Shown here: piece by piece, positions 27,515 through 36,480 of the stretch
Layout: every line of letters starts with the position of its first letter
How positions within the stretch are numbered: the first letter of the stretch is position 1
Assembly: GCA_017503105.1 (NCBI GenBank)
Contig: JAFVTS010000014.1
Location: 18,032-82,031, forward strand
Direction: 5' to 3'
Length of the DNA stretch: 64,000 nt
Source of the DNA: Clostridia bacterium
GTDB taxonomy: Bacteria > Bacillota > Clostridia > Oscillospirales > CAG-272
Notes under the pieces: generated by a model
What the model was told of the DNA's origin: nothing
Databases searched by the model: none
The model's input: the letters and a program-made list of their open reading frames with translations, nothing else
Made by a program: the position numbers and the translations under genes

Positions 27515-28372
27515 TTAACCTATGCTCTCTTCGATCTTATCAAGATCAGCCACAGCGACCTTGTAAAGATCTTCCTTCGGTGCCTGACCGTGCCACTCGC
27601 AGGAGTTTTCCATATAAGAAACGCCCTTGCCCTTTACGGACTTTGCGATTATTACGGTGGGCTTGCCCTTCACGCTCTTCGCCTCCGCGAACGCCGCCTC
27701 TATCGCTTCAAAATCGTGAGCGTCGATGGAGATGACGTGCCAGCCGAAGGCGCGGAACTTTTCATCGTGGGGAGTAGGATTCATAACCTCGGTTACAGGG
27801 CCGTCGATCTGAAGACCGTTCCAGTCAAGAACAGCACAAAGATTGTCAAGCTTATAATGAGCGGCGAACATAGCCGCCTCCCATACCTGACCCTCCTCGC
27901 TCTCACCGTCACCGAGAATGGTATAGACGCGGTAAGCGTTGCCGAAAGCCTTTGCCGAAAGCGCCATTCCGCAAGCGGCGGAAATACCGAGTCCGAGCGA
28001 GCCCGTTGACATATCGACACCCGGCGTTCCCTTCATATCGGGGTGACCTTGGAGATAAGAGTCGGTCTTTCTGAGCGTTTTTATATCTTCCTTGGGAATA
28101 AATCCTCTTTCCGCGAGAACCGCGTAAAGCGCGGGTGCGGTATGACCCTTCGAAAGAACGAATCTGTCGCGGGAATCCATTTTGGGATTCTTAGGATCAA
28201 CGTTCATCTCTTCGAAATAAAGATACGTAATAATGTCTGCTATCGAAAGCGATCCGCCCGGATGTCCGCAAGCGGCGTTGTACACACCTTCGATGATTCC
28301 GCGGCGCACGTTGTTGGCGATGCGGCGGAGCTCTGTCACTTTGGATTTATCCATTTTCTTCTCCTCTGGCAA
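27515..28372 (-). CDS. Transketolase, N-terminal (thiamine diphosphate-binding) subunit
   Basis: 285 aa with GHPGGSLS, SKGHTAPALY and the ILGDGESEEGQVWEA ThDP motif. It lies directly upstream of the C-terminal subunit. Confidence 0.9.
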   Translation of the reverse strand: MPEEKKMDKSKVTELRRIANNVRRGIIEGVYNAACGHPGGSLSIADIITYLYFEEMNVDPKNPKMDSRDRFVLSKGHTAPALYAVLAERGFIPKEDIKTLRKTDSYLQGHPDMKGTPGVDMSTGSLGLGISAACGMALSAKAFGNAYRVYTILGDGESEEGQVWEAAMFAAHYKLDNLCAVLDWNGLQIDGPVTEVMNPTPHDEKFRAFGWHVISIDAHDFEAIEAAFAEAKSVKGKPTVIIAKSVKGKGVSYMENSCEWHGQAPKEDLYKVAVADLDKIEESIG

Positions 28373-28495
28373 TTAAATTCTTAACACCTAATATTTTACA
28401 ATAAAATTGACGCAAAGTCAATAGTAATGTCGAAAAAAGCCCCGTCCTTTTTATATCGGGACGGAGCTTTTGAAAAATATTCACCTTTATTGGAA

Positions 28496-29272
28496 TCAAA
28501 TCTTGTTTTTTTTGTCTTTTTTCAAGCCTTGCAAAAAGCCCTTCACCTTGCCGATGATGCTCTTCAGCGTGTTTTTATCTATTTTCTTCTTTATACGCCA
28601 CCTGAGCTGCACGATAAAGCCGAGTGCGGCAACCGTAAAGAGAATGAGCCTCAGGGTAAGGGTGTAATGCTCAGCCGAGAACGGAATTATCATATTGACC
28701 GCCGCGGCAAAAATATATCCGCCGAGAAGAGCCGTGCCGACGAGCTCAAGCCATTTTAACAAGAACACGAATATAAGCACCGTTAAGATAACCGCCGCAA
28801 AGAAGGCGAAGAACGCTCCGAAATGAAGAAGATTCACCGCTTGATAGTAAAGCACGTAAGACAAGATCGAGAAGAGCGAGATATAATAGAACGGCGTTCT
28901 GAAAACCGAGGAAACCAGCCCTATCGCAACGCCGATGATGAAATGGTCGATCTCTACGATCTTAGTAACCGACGGACCTATGTAAACTGCCCCGATGGCA
29001 AAGCCGAACACGAAAGCGAGAAAGAATTTCTGAACGGAGAAAAATCTGCGTCCGAAAAACGCTATCAGCACACCGATAATAAGGAAAAGGTACGGAAGGA
29101 TTTTATATTTTTCTATAACTGCCGCGAAGTCCGCGTTTTCGCCAAATCGCTCGACCGCAAATTCGCTTTCAAAAAATCTTACCGAAAACTCGTTGAGCCA
29201 TAAAATAAAATCATAAAAATTCGCCTGTGCCGCAACGATGCGCTCCCACATTTTTTCAAGAACTGTCGGCAT
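28496..29272 (-). CDS. Integral membrane protein of unknown function (about 6 TM)
   Basis: 258 aa with a soluble N-terminal ~55 aa, then hydrophobic helices and a lysine-rich tail. A terminator-like hairpin lies downstream (28438-28470). Confidence 0.6.
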   Translation of the reverse strand: MPTVLEKMWERIVAAQANFYDFILWLNEFSVRFFESEFAVERFGENADFAAVIEKYKILPYLFLIIGVLIAFFGRRFFSVQKFFLAFVFGFAIGAVYIGPSVTKIVEIDHFIIGVAIGLVSSVFRTPFYYISLFSILSYVLYYQAVNLLHFGAFFAFFAAVILTVLIFVFLLKWLELVGTALLGGYIFAAAVNMIIPFSAEHYTLTLRLILFTVAALGFIVQLRWRIKKKIDKNTLKSIIGKVKGFLQGLKKDKKNKI

Positions 29273-29366
29273 CCGATCCCTCCTTTCAAAGTAATGACCT
29301 TTCTTTTATTGTATCACAAACGCCGTTTAAAATCAATAGAAAACGAAAATTTTTAAAATAAGCAAG

Positions 29367-29954
29367 CTACTTAAGCTCGGGCGAGAGATTGTAGACCTCT
29401 TTTCCAAGACGCTTCGCCATCCTTACCGTCTGCGACGAGCCGCTGCCGTCACGGTAAAGATAAGCAACGAGAACGTCACCGAGCTCGGCAAGGCGCATAT
29501 TACGCCGTTTCATACAATCTTTAGTATATTCTTCGGAAACGTACTCGACACACTCGGCGTTTCTTAAAACGTAATAATACGCCTCGCGCTGTCTATCGTT
29601 CCAACGCTCGTCCTGATTGACGCACGGAAGAACGAGCCTAAGAGAAACGTCGGGGTGAAGCGTAGCAAAGCGGATCACTTCCCTTGCCGCAAGCGTGTCG
29701 AATCCGAGAGCGCCGCCGCAATAAAAAACGCGACACCCGCGAGAGTAAACGTACTCTACGGCACGCGAAAGCCGCTTTGCGACAAGCTCGACGTGCTCGG
29801 GTCTTACCGTTCTGTGCCCCGTAAACGCACAAGTGCTGACGGGAGCGTCTTCAATTTTTATACACGTCTGCTCTTTGGGCTCCGACCACCACAGCTCATC
29901 GCGTTTTTCCACAGCGCACCTCGCTTCTTTTGTTCCATTATATTTTATCATCAT
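29367..29954 (-). CDS. SLOG-superfamily protein, YpsA/DUF1273-like
   Basis: CAFTGHR...FYCGGALGFDTLAAR...LVLPC...GSGSSQTV matches the Rossmann-like DUF1273/YpsA pattern as I remember it. Confidence 0.6.
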   Translation of the reverse strand: MMIKYNGTKEARCAVEKRDELWWSEPKEQTCIKIEDAPVSTCAFTGHRTVRPEHVELVAKRLSRAVEYVYSRGCRVFYCGGALGFDTLAAREVIRFATLHPDVSLRLVLPCVNQDERWNDRQREAYYYVLRNAECVEYVSEEYTKDCMKRRNMRLAELGDVLVAYLYRDGSGSSQTVRMAKRLGKEVYNLSPELK

Positions 29955-30110
29955 TTAATATCTTTGTCAAGGGAAAGTTTTGGCACGGTTTCCGAAAAAA
30001 ATTACAGAAAATAACGACAGTAAAAGCCGAGCGGTGATATGCCGCTCGGCTTTCGTGTTTTTCATTTTTAACAAGTGCGAAGGTGACGTCAATGCAGAGA
30101 AAACCGATTT

Positions 30111-30980
30111 TCAAGGCTCCTTGCACTGACCTATTTCAAGGTCCTTGGCGTTTTTCATATACTGCGAGGGCGTCATTCCCGTGCGCTTTTTGAAGACCTT
30201 GGAGAAGTAGAGCGGACTTTCGAAGCCGCACATAGCACCGACCTCGGAGATCGAGCCAATGTGCAAGGGGAGCAGATCGCGCGCCTTTTGGATCCTCAGG
30301 TTGTTAAGATAAAGATTGAAGCCGATCGTCATATGCTTTTTGAAAAGAGAAGAAAGGTATTTTTCTGTATACGAAAAGGCGTCGCTCACCTTGCCGAGGG
30401 TCAAGGACGGGTCTGTGTAATTTGCGTCTACGTAATCGACGACGGCGGAAAAGAGAGATTCGGGCTCTCTTGCGCCTATCGTGTCGGGGGGCGCTATTTT
30501 TGCGGCGGCGTAATAGACGAGAGCCTTTGAAAGCAGAGCGCAGTTGTGCTCACCCGATTCGCGGACGGAGGCTTCGAAGAGCTCTGTCAGCTCCCCGTGT
30601 CCGTCAAAGGCAAGTGCGTCACGGCAAACTCCCACGCTCTCAAGCAAGGGTGCGGCACCCGAGCCGAGAAAGGCGACGTAAACGTATCTGAAATCGGGCG
30701 AGCCGTCAAGATAGTACGGCACGGCAGGCAGAGCGAAGAAGAGCGAGCCGCGCGAGAGCTGCCATACCCTCTCGGAGGTCCTGAGCTCAGCCGAGCCCGA
30801 GGTGACGACCCCCACCTTAAAATAAGGCTCGATAAACGGCTGTGAGAATTTTCGGTATTCCGTTTCGTAGACGAACGTGACGGTGCGAATGCCGCCGAGA
30901 TCCTGCTCGGAGGACATAAATTTGCATATACTCTCGGACACTTCTCTTCCCCTTTTCTCGGAAATTTTCTTCTGCTTCAT
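30111..30980 (-). CDS. AraC family transcriptional regulator
   Basis: N-terminal cupin-like sensor and C-terminal double HTH (ISEVGAMCGFESPLYFSKVFKKRTGMTPSQY). A terminator hairpin lies at 30024-30053. Confidence 0.85.
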   Translation of the reverse strand: MKQKKISEKRGREVSESICKFMSSEQDLGGIRTVTFVYETEYRKFSQPFIEPYFKVGVVTSGSAELRTSERVWQLSRGSLFFALPAVPYYLDGSPDFRYVYVAFLGSGAAPLLESVGVCRDALAFDGHGELTELFEASVRESGEHNCALLSKALVYYAAAKIAPPDTIGAREPESLFSAVVDYVDANYTDPSLTLGKVSDAFSYTEKYLSSLFKKHMTIGFNLYLNNLRIQKARDLLPLHIGSISEVGAMCGFESPLYFSKVFKKRTGMTPSQYMKNAKDLEIGQCKEP

Positions 30981-31109
30981 TATATATTATTTTTTGGAAA
31001 AAATCAAGCGTATGCGTATTTTTTTCATATTCTTCGCGAAAAATTGCATTTACTTCAAAAATGTGCTATGATAGAATAAAAGAAAAAAACAGCTAAGCGA
31101 GGATAGAAA

Positions 31110-32189
31110 ATGGACGGAAAAACCGTAAAGCTCGGTATACTCGGCTCAGGGCGCGGAGGCGAGCTCGGATGCGCCGTGATAGGAGAAAAAAACGTAAAGA
31201 TCACGGCTGTATGCGATCTTCACAAGGAGAGGATAGAAAAGCTTCGCGAGGTCTTTGCCAAAAGGGGCTGCACGGATTTTGAGTGCTATTCCGATTACGA
31301 AGCTATGCTAAGGGAGGCGGACGTTGACGCCGTGGTGGTCGCAAGCGCGAAGCCCGATCACGTCAAGCACTGTATTATGGCGCTCAGGGCGGGCAAGCAC
31401 GTTTTGTCCGAGATACCGACGGTCTGCTCGGTCGGGGAGGCAAGGCTCCTCAAAGCAGAGGTCCTGGCGCATCCCGAGCTCGTTTATATGGCTGGCGAGA
31501 ACTGCTGCTATTGGGCTTTCGTGGAAATGTGGAAAAAAATGCGCGAGGACGGAAAGTTCGGTGACGTCGTTTACGCCGAGGGTGAGTATCTTCACGCAGC
31601 CCACCCCGACGAGCTTCCCGACTATAAATACGACTCTTGGCGCGCGGAGAGTCCCGCTATAACCTACTTAACGCACGAGCTCGGTCCCCTGCTCGACATT
31701 ATGGACGACAGGTGCGTGAGCGTCAGCTGTATGGCACCGGACGCGAGCTACAACCCGAAGAGGACGAGGCGCGAAAACGGCGTTGCCATCTTCAAGACCG
31801 CAAAGGGCGCTGTAATAAGAATATTCATCGGCTTCGGCGCCTTCGTCGGATTTGATCACAACTTCGCGCTTTACGGAACGCGCGGAAGCATTACGACCGA
31901 CAGGCGCACGCCGCTTGAAAACGCTCACTCCTTCGCAAAGCTCTACGAGATCCCGGGGTCGATGGAGGGCGCCGTGGAGATCCCCGTCGCCTTGGCTTAC
32001 CCCGGTGAGAGCACCGAGGGGCACGGGGGTGCCGAGCCAAAGATGATGCGCGATTTTATATCCTGCATTCTTGAGGGCAAAAAGCCGAGGCTCGACGTCA
32101 AAGCGGGGATAAGAATGTCCCTGCCCGGCGTTATCGCCGACAGCTCGTCAAAATTGGGCGGCGCACTGCTTGAGATACCCGAAATTTAA
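31110..32189 (+). CDS. Gfo/Idh/MocA family oxidoreductase
   Basis: VKLGILGSGRGG Rossmann N-terminus and the EIP/EKP-type motif (HVLSEIP). It is divergent from the AraC gene. A TTGCAT-17-TGcTATGAT promoter lies upstream. Confidence 0.85.
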   Translation: MDGKTVKLGILGSGRGGELGCAVIGEKNVKITAVCDLHKERIEKLREVFAKRGCTDFECYSDYEAMLREADVDAVVVASAKPDHVKHCIMALRAGKHVLSEIPTVCSVGEARLLKAEVLAHPELVYMAGENCCYWAFVEMWKKMREDGKFGDVVYAEGEYLHAAHPDELPDYKYDSWRAESPAITYLTHELGPLLDIMDDRCVSVSCMAPDASYNPKRTRRENGVAIFKTAKGAVIRIFIGFGAFVGFDHNFALYGTRGSITTDRRTPLENAHSFAKLYEIPGSMEGAVEIPVALAYPGESTEGHGGAEPKMMRDFISCILEGKKPRLDVKAGIRMSLPGVIADSSSKLGGALLEIPEI

Positions 32190-32246
32190 CGAAATACGCA
32201 CCCCGAGCGCCAAGAGTGCCTTCGGAGTGCGTATTTTTATAAAAGA

Positions 32247-34556
32247 TCATAAGCCAAGTGCCGTGCCCACGCCCGACATAACGTCGTTTCCCGCGCCGAG
32301 CATTGCCTCGAACATTATCGGAAGGATAGCGGCGCACAAAGCCACGGCTATAACCGTGCCCGTCAGAAGAGAAAAGAAGACCTCGAAGCGCTTCATCGCC
32401 GATATTTCGCTTTTGCTCATTCCCGAAAGCGCGAAGAGCTCCATCTCGCTTTTTCTTCTTTTATAGCTGTTATAGAGGCTGTCGGCAAGACCTATAACCG
32501 AAAACGTCACGATTATAAACAGAAGCGCGTATCCGCAAGCACCGTAAACCTTTGCGGTGCTTACTTTTTCTCCGAGAAGCTCACTCGTGGGAAGGACCGT
32601 TGCAACGTCCTCCGCTATCGCCGTGCTGACCGCTCGCATAGCCTCGTCGTCCGTGACGCCTTCCGCGCTTATCGGGATAAGCAAATTCGGAGCGATATTT
32701 ACGGCGTCGCAGTCGAACAGAACGAAGGACATAGGTGACGGGACGATATCGCTTATTCTGAGCTTCAAGGGCTTATTATCGCATACGAGCCCTATCTCAT
32801 CGCCCTCCTTCAGCAAAAGCCGCTTCGCTATGCTCCTCGAGATCACGGCGCCGCTTCCTTTCGGAAGCTCGCTTATGCCGAACTCGTCCGACACGACGTC
32901 CTTATTTTTGACTGACATTGCGGCAACCACCGCGCCCTCTTCAAGCTGTGCCGAGGAAAAATATACGTTCTCCACGCTTTTTATCTCTTCACACGAGCTT
33001 ATCTTCTCTTTGCATTTTTGCGTGGCTCCGACGATAACGTGCCCGTTTCTGAAGACGTTCTCGGCGGCTATTATGTTTCCGCCCGAGCCGACGATGACGG
33101 TGGTCGCTATAATTACGACCGCAACGAGCGTTGCCGAAAGCCTTGCCGCGTTATGAAGAATACTGACGGAAATGATATTTTTGACAGCGTAGGTTCGCGC
33201 GGCGCTTTTTCGCGAAGAACGCTCCGCCCTCTCCGAGATAAAGCGCATCACGGAGCAAAGGATCTTCCCGACCGTAACGAAAGTACAAACGAGGGTGAGC
33301 GCCAGTCCCGGGACGGACAGCTTTATCTTCATCGCGGGCGGCACGAACAAGACCGAGAGATCCAGAACGACAGTCAGCGATACGAGGGCGGGCAGAAGGA
33401 GCTTGCTTTTCCTCTTCTTCGCCGCTTTTTTCTTAGAGAGTATGAAGATACCGACGGTCAGAAGCGATACCGCAAGCATTATAGCGGACGCGAACGCCGC
33501 CGTGCCCGCACCGACGCCGAGGACCGAATACCTGAGTCCTACGGCATTGCCCGTCGCACGGGCGAGCGGCACGGAAAGACCGACACCTATCAAGGTGCCG
33601 AATATCCAATAAATAACTACCTCGGCAAGCTGCATAATATTCAAATACGAAGGAGTCGCGCCCGCGTAGGCAAAGCTCTGATTTTCCTCGCGCCTCTCAT
33701 CGCCTAAGATATAAAAGCAACAAAACGTCACGGCAAGGGCGAGCAAGGCAACGAGCACTATCGACATATCGATAGCGATATTCATAGCGTCCACGTTCGC
33801 TTGCCCCTTCGTTACGGACGCCGTATCCGTATACGTCTTTTCCGCGAATGCGGGGTCGGCTTTCAGCCGTTCTATGCATTCTGCCACGGTATATCCCTCA
33901 TTTACGTCGATATACAGCGTGCTCGACGGCATAAAATCCGAACCGAGCGCTGACGCGATAACAGAGCTTTCACTAAGAGCTCTCACCGCGGCGCGTATAT
34001 CCGTAAGGATATTGTATTTTCCAAAGAAGGCGGTTTTGCTTATTCCCCCGACCCGATAAACGAGCTCGTCCGAAAAGAGCCTTGCCGTGAAGCTATCCCC
34101 GACGGAAAGCCCGTGCTCGTCGGCGAAGCTCTCCGTGACGAAGGCGGTCGACGCAAGGTCGCTGTCAGTTACCTCACCGTACGAGGTGAAGGACAGGTCG
34201 AACATTTTATTTATCTCGTAAAGATCAGCAGCCGAGCAGACGTAAGCCTCGTCCCCCTCTCCGAGCGACAGGATCATTTCGTAAGCTCCGAACGCGTATC
34301 CGCTATCTCCAAGGAGGCGGTTTGCGTCACGCGCGAACATAAATCTGTACCTTGACTCACCGTTCAGCGTCACCGTCATTTCCGCCCTGCCGTACTGTGA
34401 CGTCTGCGATACCCGTGCTTCTTCCAAAAGAGCGTCTTTTATCGACAGCGCAAGAGTACACGCGGTTATTGCGATAGAAAGCGTAAGAACCAATATCAGC
34501 GGCTGAAGCGGCTTTTTCCCGACGCTGCGGAAAAGATGCTTAAAAAACAGTTTCAT
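32247..34556 (-). CDS. FtsX/MacB-type ABC transporter permease (769 aa, duplicated FtsX module)
   Basis: N-terminal TM, a large extracytoplasmic domain, a 3-TM bundle, and then a second copy of the same arrangement. It overlaps the ATPase gene stop by 4 nt. Confidence 0.8.
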   Translation of the reverse strand: MKLFFKHLFRSVGKKPLQPLILVLTLSIAITACTLALSIKDALLEEARVSQTSQYGRAEMTVTLNGESRYRFMFARDANRLLGDSGYAFGAYEMILSLGEGDEAYVCSAADLYEINKMFDLSFTSYGEVTDSDLASTAFVTESFADEHGLSVGDSFTARLFSDELVYRVGGISKTAFFGKYNILTDIRAAVRALSESSVIASALGSDFMPSSTLYIDVNEGYTVAECIERLKADPAFAEKTYTDTASVTKGQANVDAMNIAIDMSIVLVALLALAVTFCCFYILGDERREENQSFAYAGATPSYLNIMQLAEVVIYWIFGTLIGVGLSVPLARATGNAVGLRYSVLGVGAGTAAFASAIMLAVSLLTVGIFILSKKKAAKKRKSKLLLPALVSLTVVLDLSVLFVPPAMKIKLSVPGLALTLVCTFVTVGKILCSVMRFISERAERSSRKSAARTYAVKNIISVSILHNAARLSATLVAVVIIATTVIVGSGGNIIAAENVFRNGHVIVGATQKCKEKISSCEEIKSVENVYFSSAQLEEGAVVAAMSVKNKDVVSDEFGISELPKGSGAVISRSIAKRLLLKEGDEIGLVCDNKPLKLRISDIVPSPMSFVLFDCDAVNIAPNLLIPISAEGVTDDEAMRAVSTAIAEDVATVLPTSELLGEKVSTAKVYGACGYALLFIIVTFSVIGLADSLYNSYKRRKSEMELFALSGMSKSEISAMKRFEVFFSLLTGTVIAVALCAAILPIMFEAMLGAGNDVMSGVGTALGL

Positions 34557-35206
34557 AAGACTATCTCTCCGTCGACGAGCCTTATTATCTTTTTGGCGTA
34601 AGCCGCGACCTTTTCACTGTGCGTGACCTGTATCACCGTCGTGCCGAGATCTCGGTTGATCTCGGTCAGGACCCGCATTACCGCCGCCTCGGATTTAGAG
34701 TCGAGCGCGCCCGTCGGCTCGTCAAGAATGACTATCGAGGGCTTATAGACGAGGGCTCTTATAATAGCGGCCCTCTGGCACTGACCGCCCGAGAGTTCTG
34801 TCGGATATTTATCGAGCATTTCCGAAAGACCGAGTCTTTTTATAAGCCCCTCTGCGTACTCCTTCGTTTCGGGGTCCGTCTTTTTGCCGAGCGTTGCCGT
34901 CAGGAATATATTATCTCTTACGTTCAGCGTGGGGATAAGGGCGTAGGATTGGAAAACGAAGCCCAAAACGCTCGAGCGCATTTTTGCCATTTCCCTCTCG
35001 CTGAGTGCCGATACGTCCTTGCCGTCGATAAAGACCGTTCCCGCGTCTGCCTGAATAAATCCTCCGATAATGCCGAGCAGAGTGCTTTTTCCGCTTCCGC
35101 TCTCACCCATTATGGAGACGAAATCGCCCTTTCCGAACTCAAGAGAAACGCCTCTTAACACCTTCTCGGAATTATAGCTTTTTTCAACACCTTTAACCTT
35201 GATCAT
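34553..35206 (-). CDS. ABC transporter ATP-binding protein (MacB/LolD-like)
   Basis: GESGSGKST (Walker A), LSGGQCQRAAIIRAL (signature), IVILDEPTGALD (Walker B). Confidence 0.92.
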   Translation of the reverse strand: MIKVKGVEKSYNSEKVLRGVSLEFGKGDFVSIMGESGSGKSTLLGIIGGFIQADAGTVFIDGKDVSALSEREMAKMRSSVLGFVFQSYALIPTLNVRDNIFLTATLGKKTDPETKEYAEGLIKRLGLSEMLDKYPTELSGGQCQRAAIIRALVYKPSIVILDEPTGALDSKSEAAVMRVLTEINRDLGTTVIQVTHSEKVAAYAKKIIRLVDGEIVL

Positions 35207-36407
35207 TTAACAAATACGATAAAGCAGGAGAAATACCTGCAATATACCCCTCCAAAGTTTTTAAGAAGCCGTCCGTTCCCAAGGATCCGCGCAGCTCTGC
35301 CGCGGTCTTTACGTCGAGCGTTTCAAGATATCTATCAAAATCCTCGCCGAAATATTCCTTGGCTGAATTCGTGTAATCCCCGTCCCTAAGCTCGATGGAC
35401 GAGAGCTCTTCAAGCCACTCCCACCCCTCGTCGTCAAGGGATAAAAGAAGCGCCTCAAGAAGCTTTGCCCCGTCCCTATCTCTTACGAGCTTCATATCGT
35501 CGACACCGAGTGAAGCCTTGAAATCGGAGATGAGCGTTACCGCCGCGTTCATATTCTCCGCGATGGCTGAAACGTCACCGTTTTTCTTTGCCGCCGCGAA
35601 GAGCCTTGAAATATACGAGCCCGTTTCATTCGCGGGAGCATACGACAAGAGCAGCCCCCAGCCGTCGGAGCTTATGCCGTCAATGGCAAAGCTTGCGTTT
35701 TGAATAAGTATTAAAAGCTCTTCGTCCGAAAAGCCGTCAAGCCCGTTTTCTTCGTGCGCGCCCTCAAAGAAGAGCGCCGAGGCGAAATTAAGCGCCTTTA
35801 CCGCATCGGAAAAGCGCTCAGCTCCGATTCCGACGAGCGCTTCCCTCTCCGAATAAAGCACGTCTGCTTCTTCTTTAAGAAATCCGAAGCCGCTCTCTTC
35901 GTAGTCACGCATCTTTTCTTCATATCTGAAATCATAGCTGTAAACGAGGACGTGATACGCCGTGACTCCCGCGTAATCCGCGGTGGCAATATCGGAAATA
36001 TCGGCGTAAAGCTTCAGCGCGGGGTCGTAGTTCTTTTCTTCCGAAAGAATGCCGTCTATCGCCCCCGAGGCGTTTTCTTCAATTATTTCCAATATCCGAA
36101 CGTACTCCACCTCGGATATTGGCGAAAGCCTCGTTACGCCGTATATCTTCTCTGCGTGGGTGCTCAGCGTTTTTTCAAGCTTCGGCGGCACCGCTTCTAC
36201 GCCCGAGGTCTTTTTCGTGTAATATTCAAGCAAGGAATAAATAGCGTCCTTTGCCCGTTTTTCCGTATTTTCGGAGTAGGTCGGCGCCTTGTCCGTTATT
36301 TCTATTCCGTTTTTTATTTCACCGTCTTCCCCGCCGCAGGACGAAAGCGCAAGCAAAAAGCAAGCGGCAAGGACGAGGGGCAAAAACGGTTTTATATATT
36401 TTTTCAA
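35193..36407 (-). CDS. Predicted all-helical lipoprotein of unknown function
   Basis: A TTG at 36407 is preceded by GGAGGAGG and gives M/LKKYIKPFLPLVLAACFLLALSSCGG (lipobox LSSC). The rest is Leu/Glu/Ala-rich. The track ORF starts 12 codons earlier, at 36443. Confidence 0.65.
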   Translation of the reverse strand: MKKYIKPFLPLVLAACFLLALSSCGGEDGEIKNGIEITDKAPTYSENTEKRAKDAIYSLLEYYTKKTSGVEAVPPKLEKTLSTHAEKIYGVTRLSPISEVEYVRILEIIEENASGAIDGILSEEKNYDPALKLYADISDIATADYAGVTAYHVLVYSYDFRYEEKMRDYEESGFGFLKEEADVLYSEREALVGIGAERFSDAVKALNFASALFFEGAHEENGLDGFSDEELLILIQNASFAIDGISSDGWGLLLSYAPANETGSYISRLFAAAKKNGDVSAIAENMNAAVTLISDFKASLGVDDMKLVRDRDGAKLLEALLLSLDDEGWEWLEELSSIELRDGDYTNSAKEYFGEDFDRYLETLDVKTAAELRGSLGTDGFLKTLEGYIAGISPALSYLLNDQG

Positions 36408-36480
36408 GCTTCCTCCTCCGATTTCAGAAAAGCCGAATGGCAAATTGCCAATCGGCTTTTCGTTAAGATTTTTTATAAGA

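Noticed and set aside
36408-36443. ATG-initiated longer version of the 416-aa lipoprotein
   Set aside because: The extension (MPFGFSEIGGGS) contains the GGAGGAGG Shine-Dalgarno for the downstream TTG. The signal peptide starts cleanly at that TTG.
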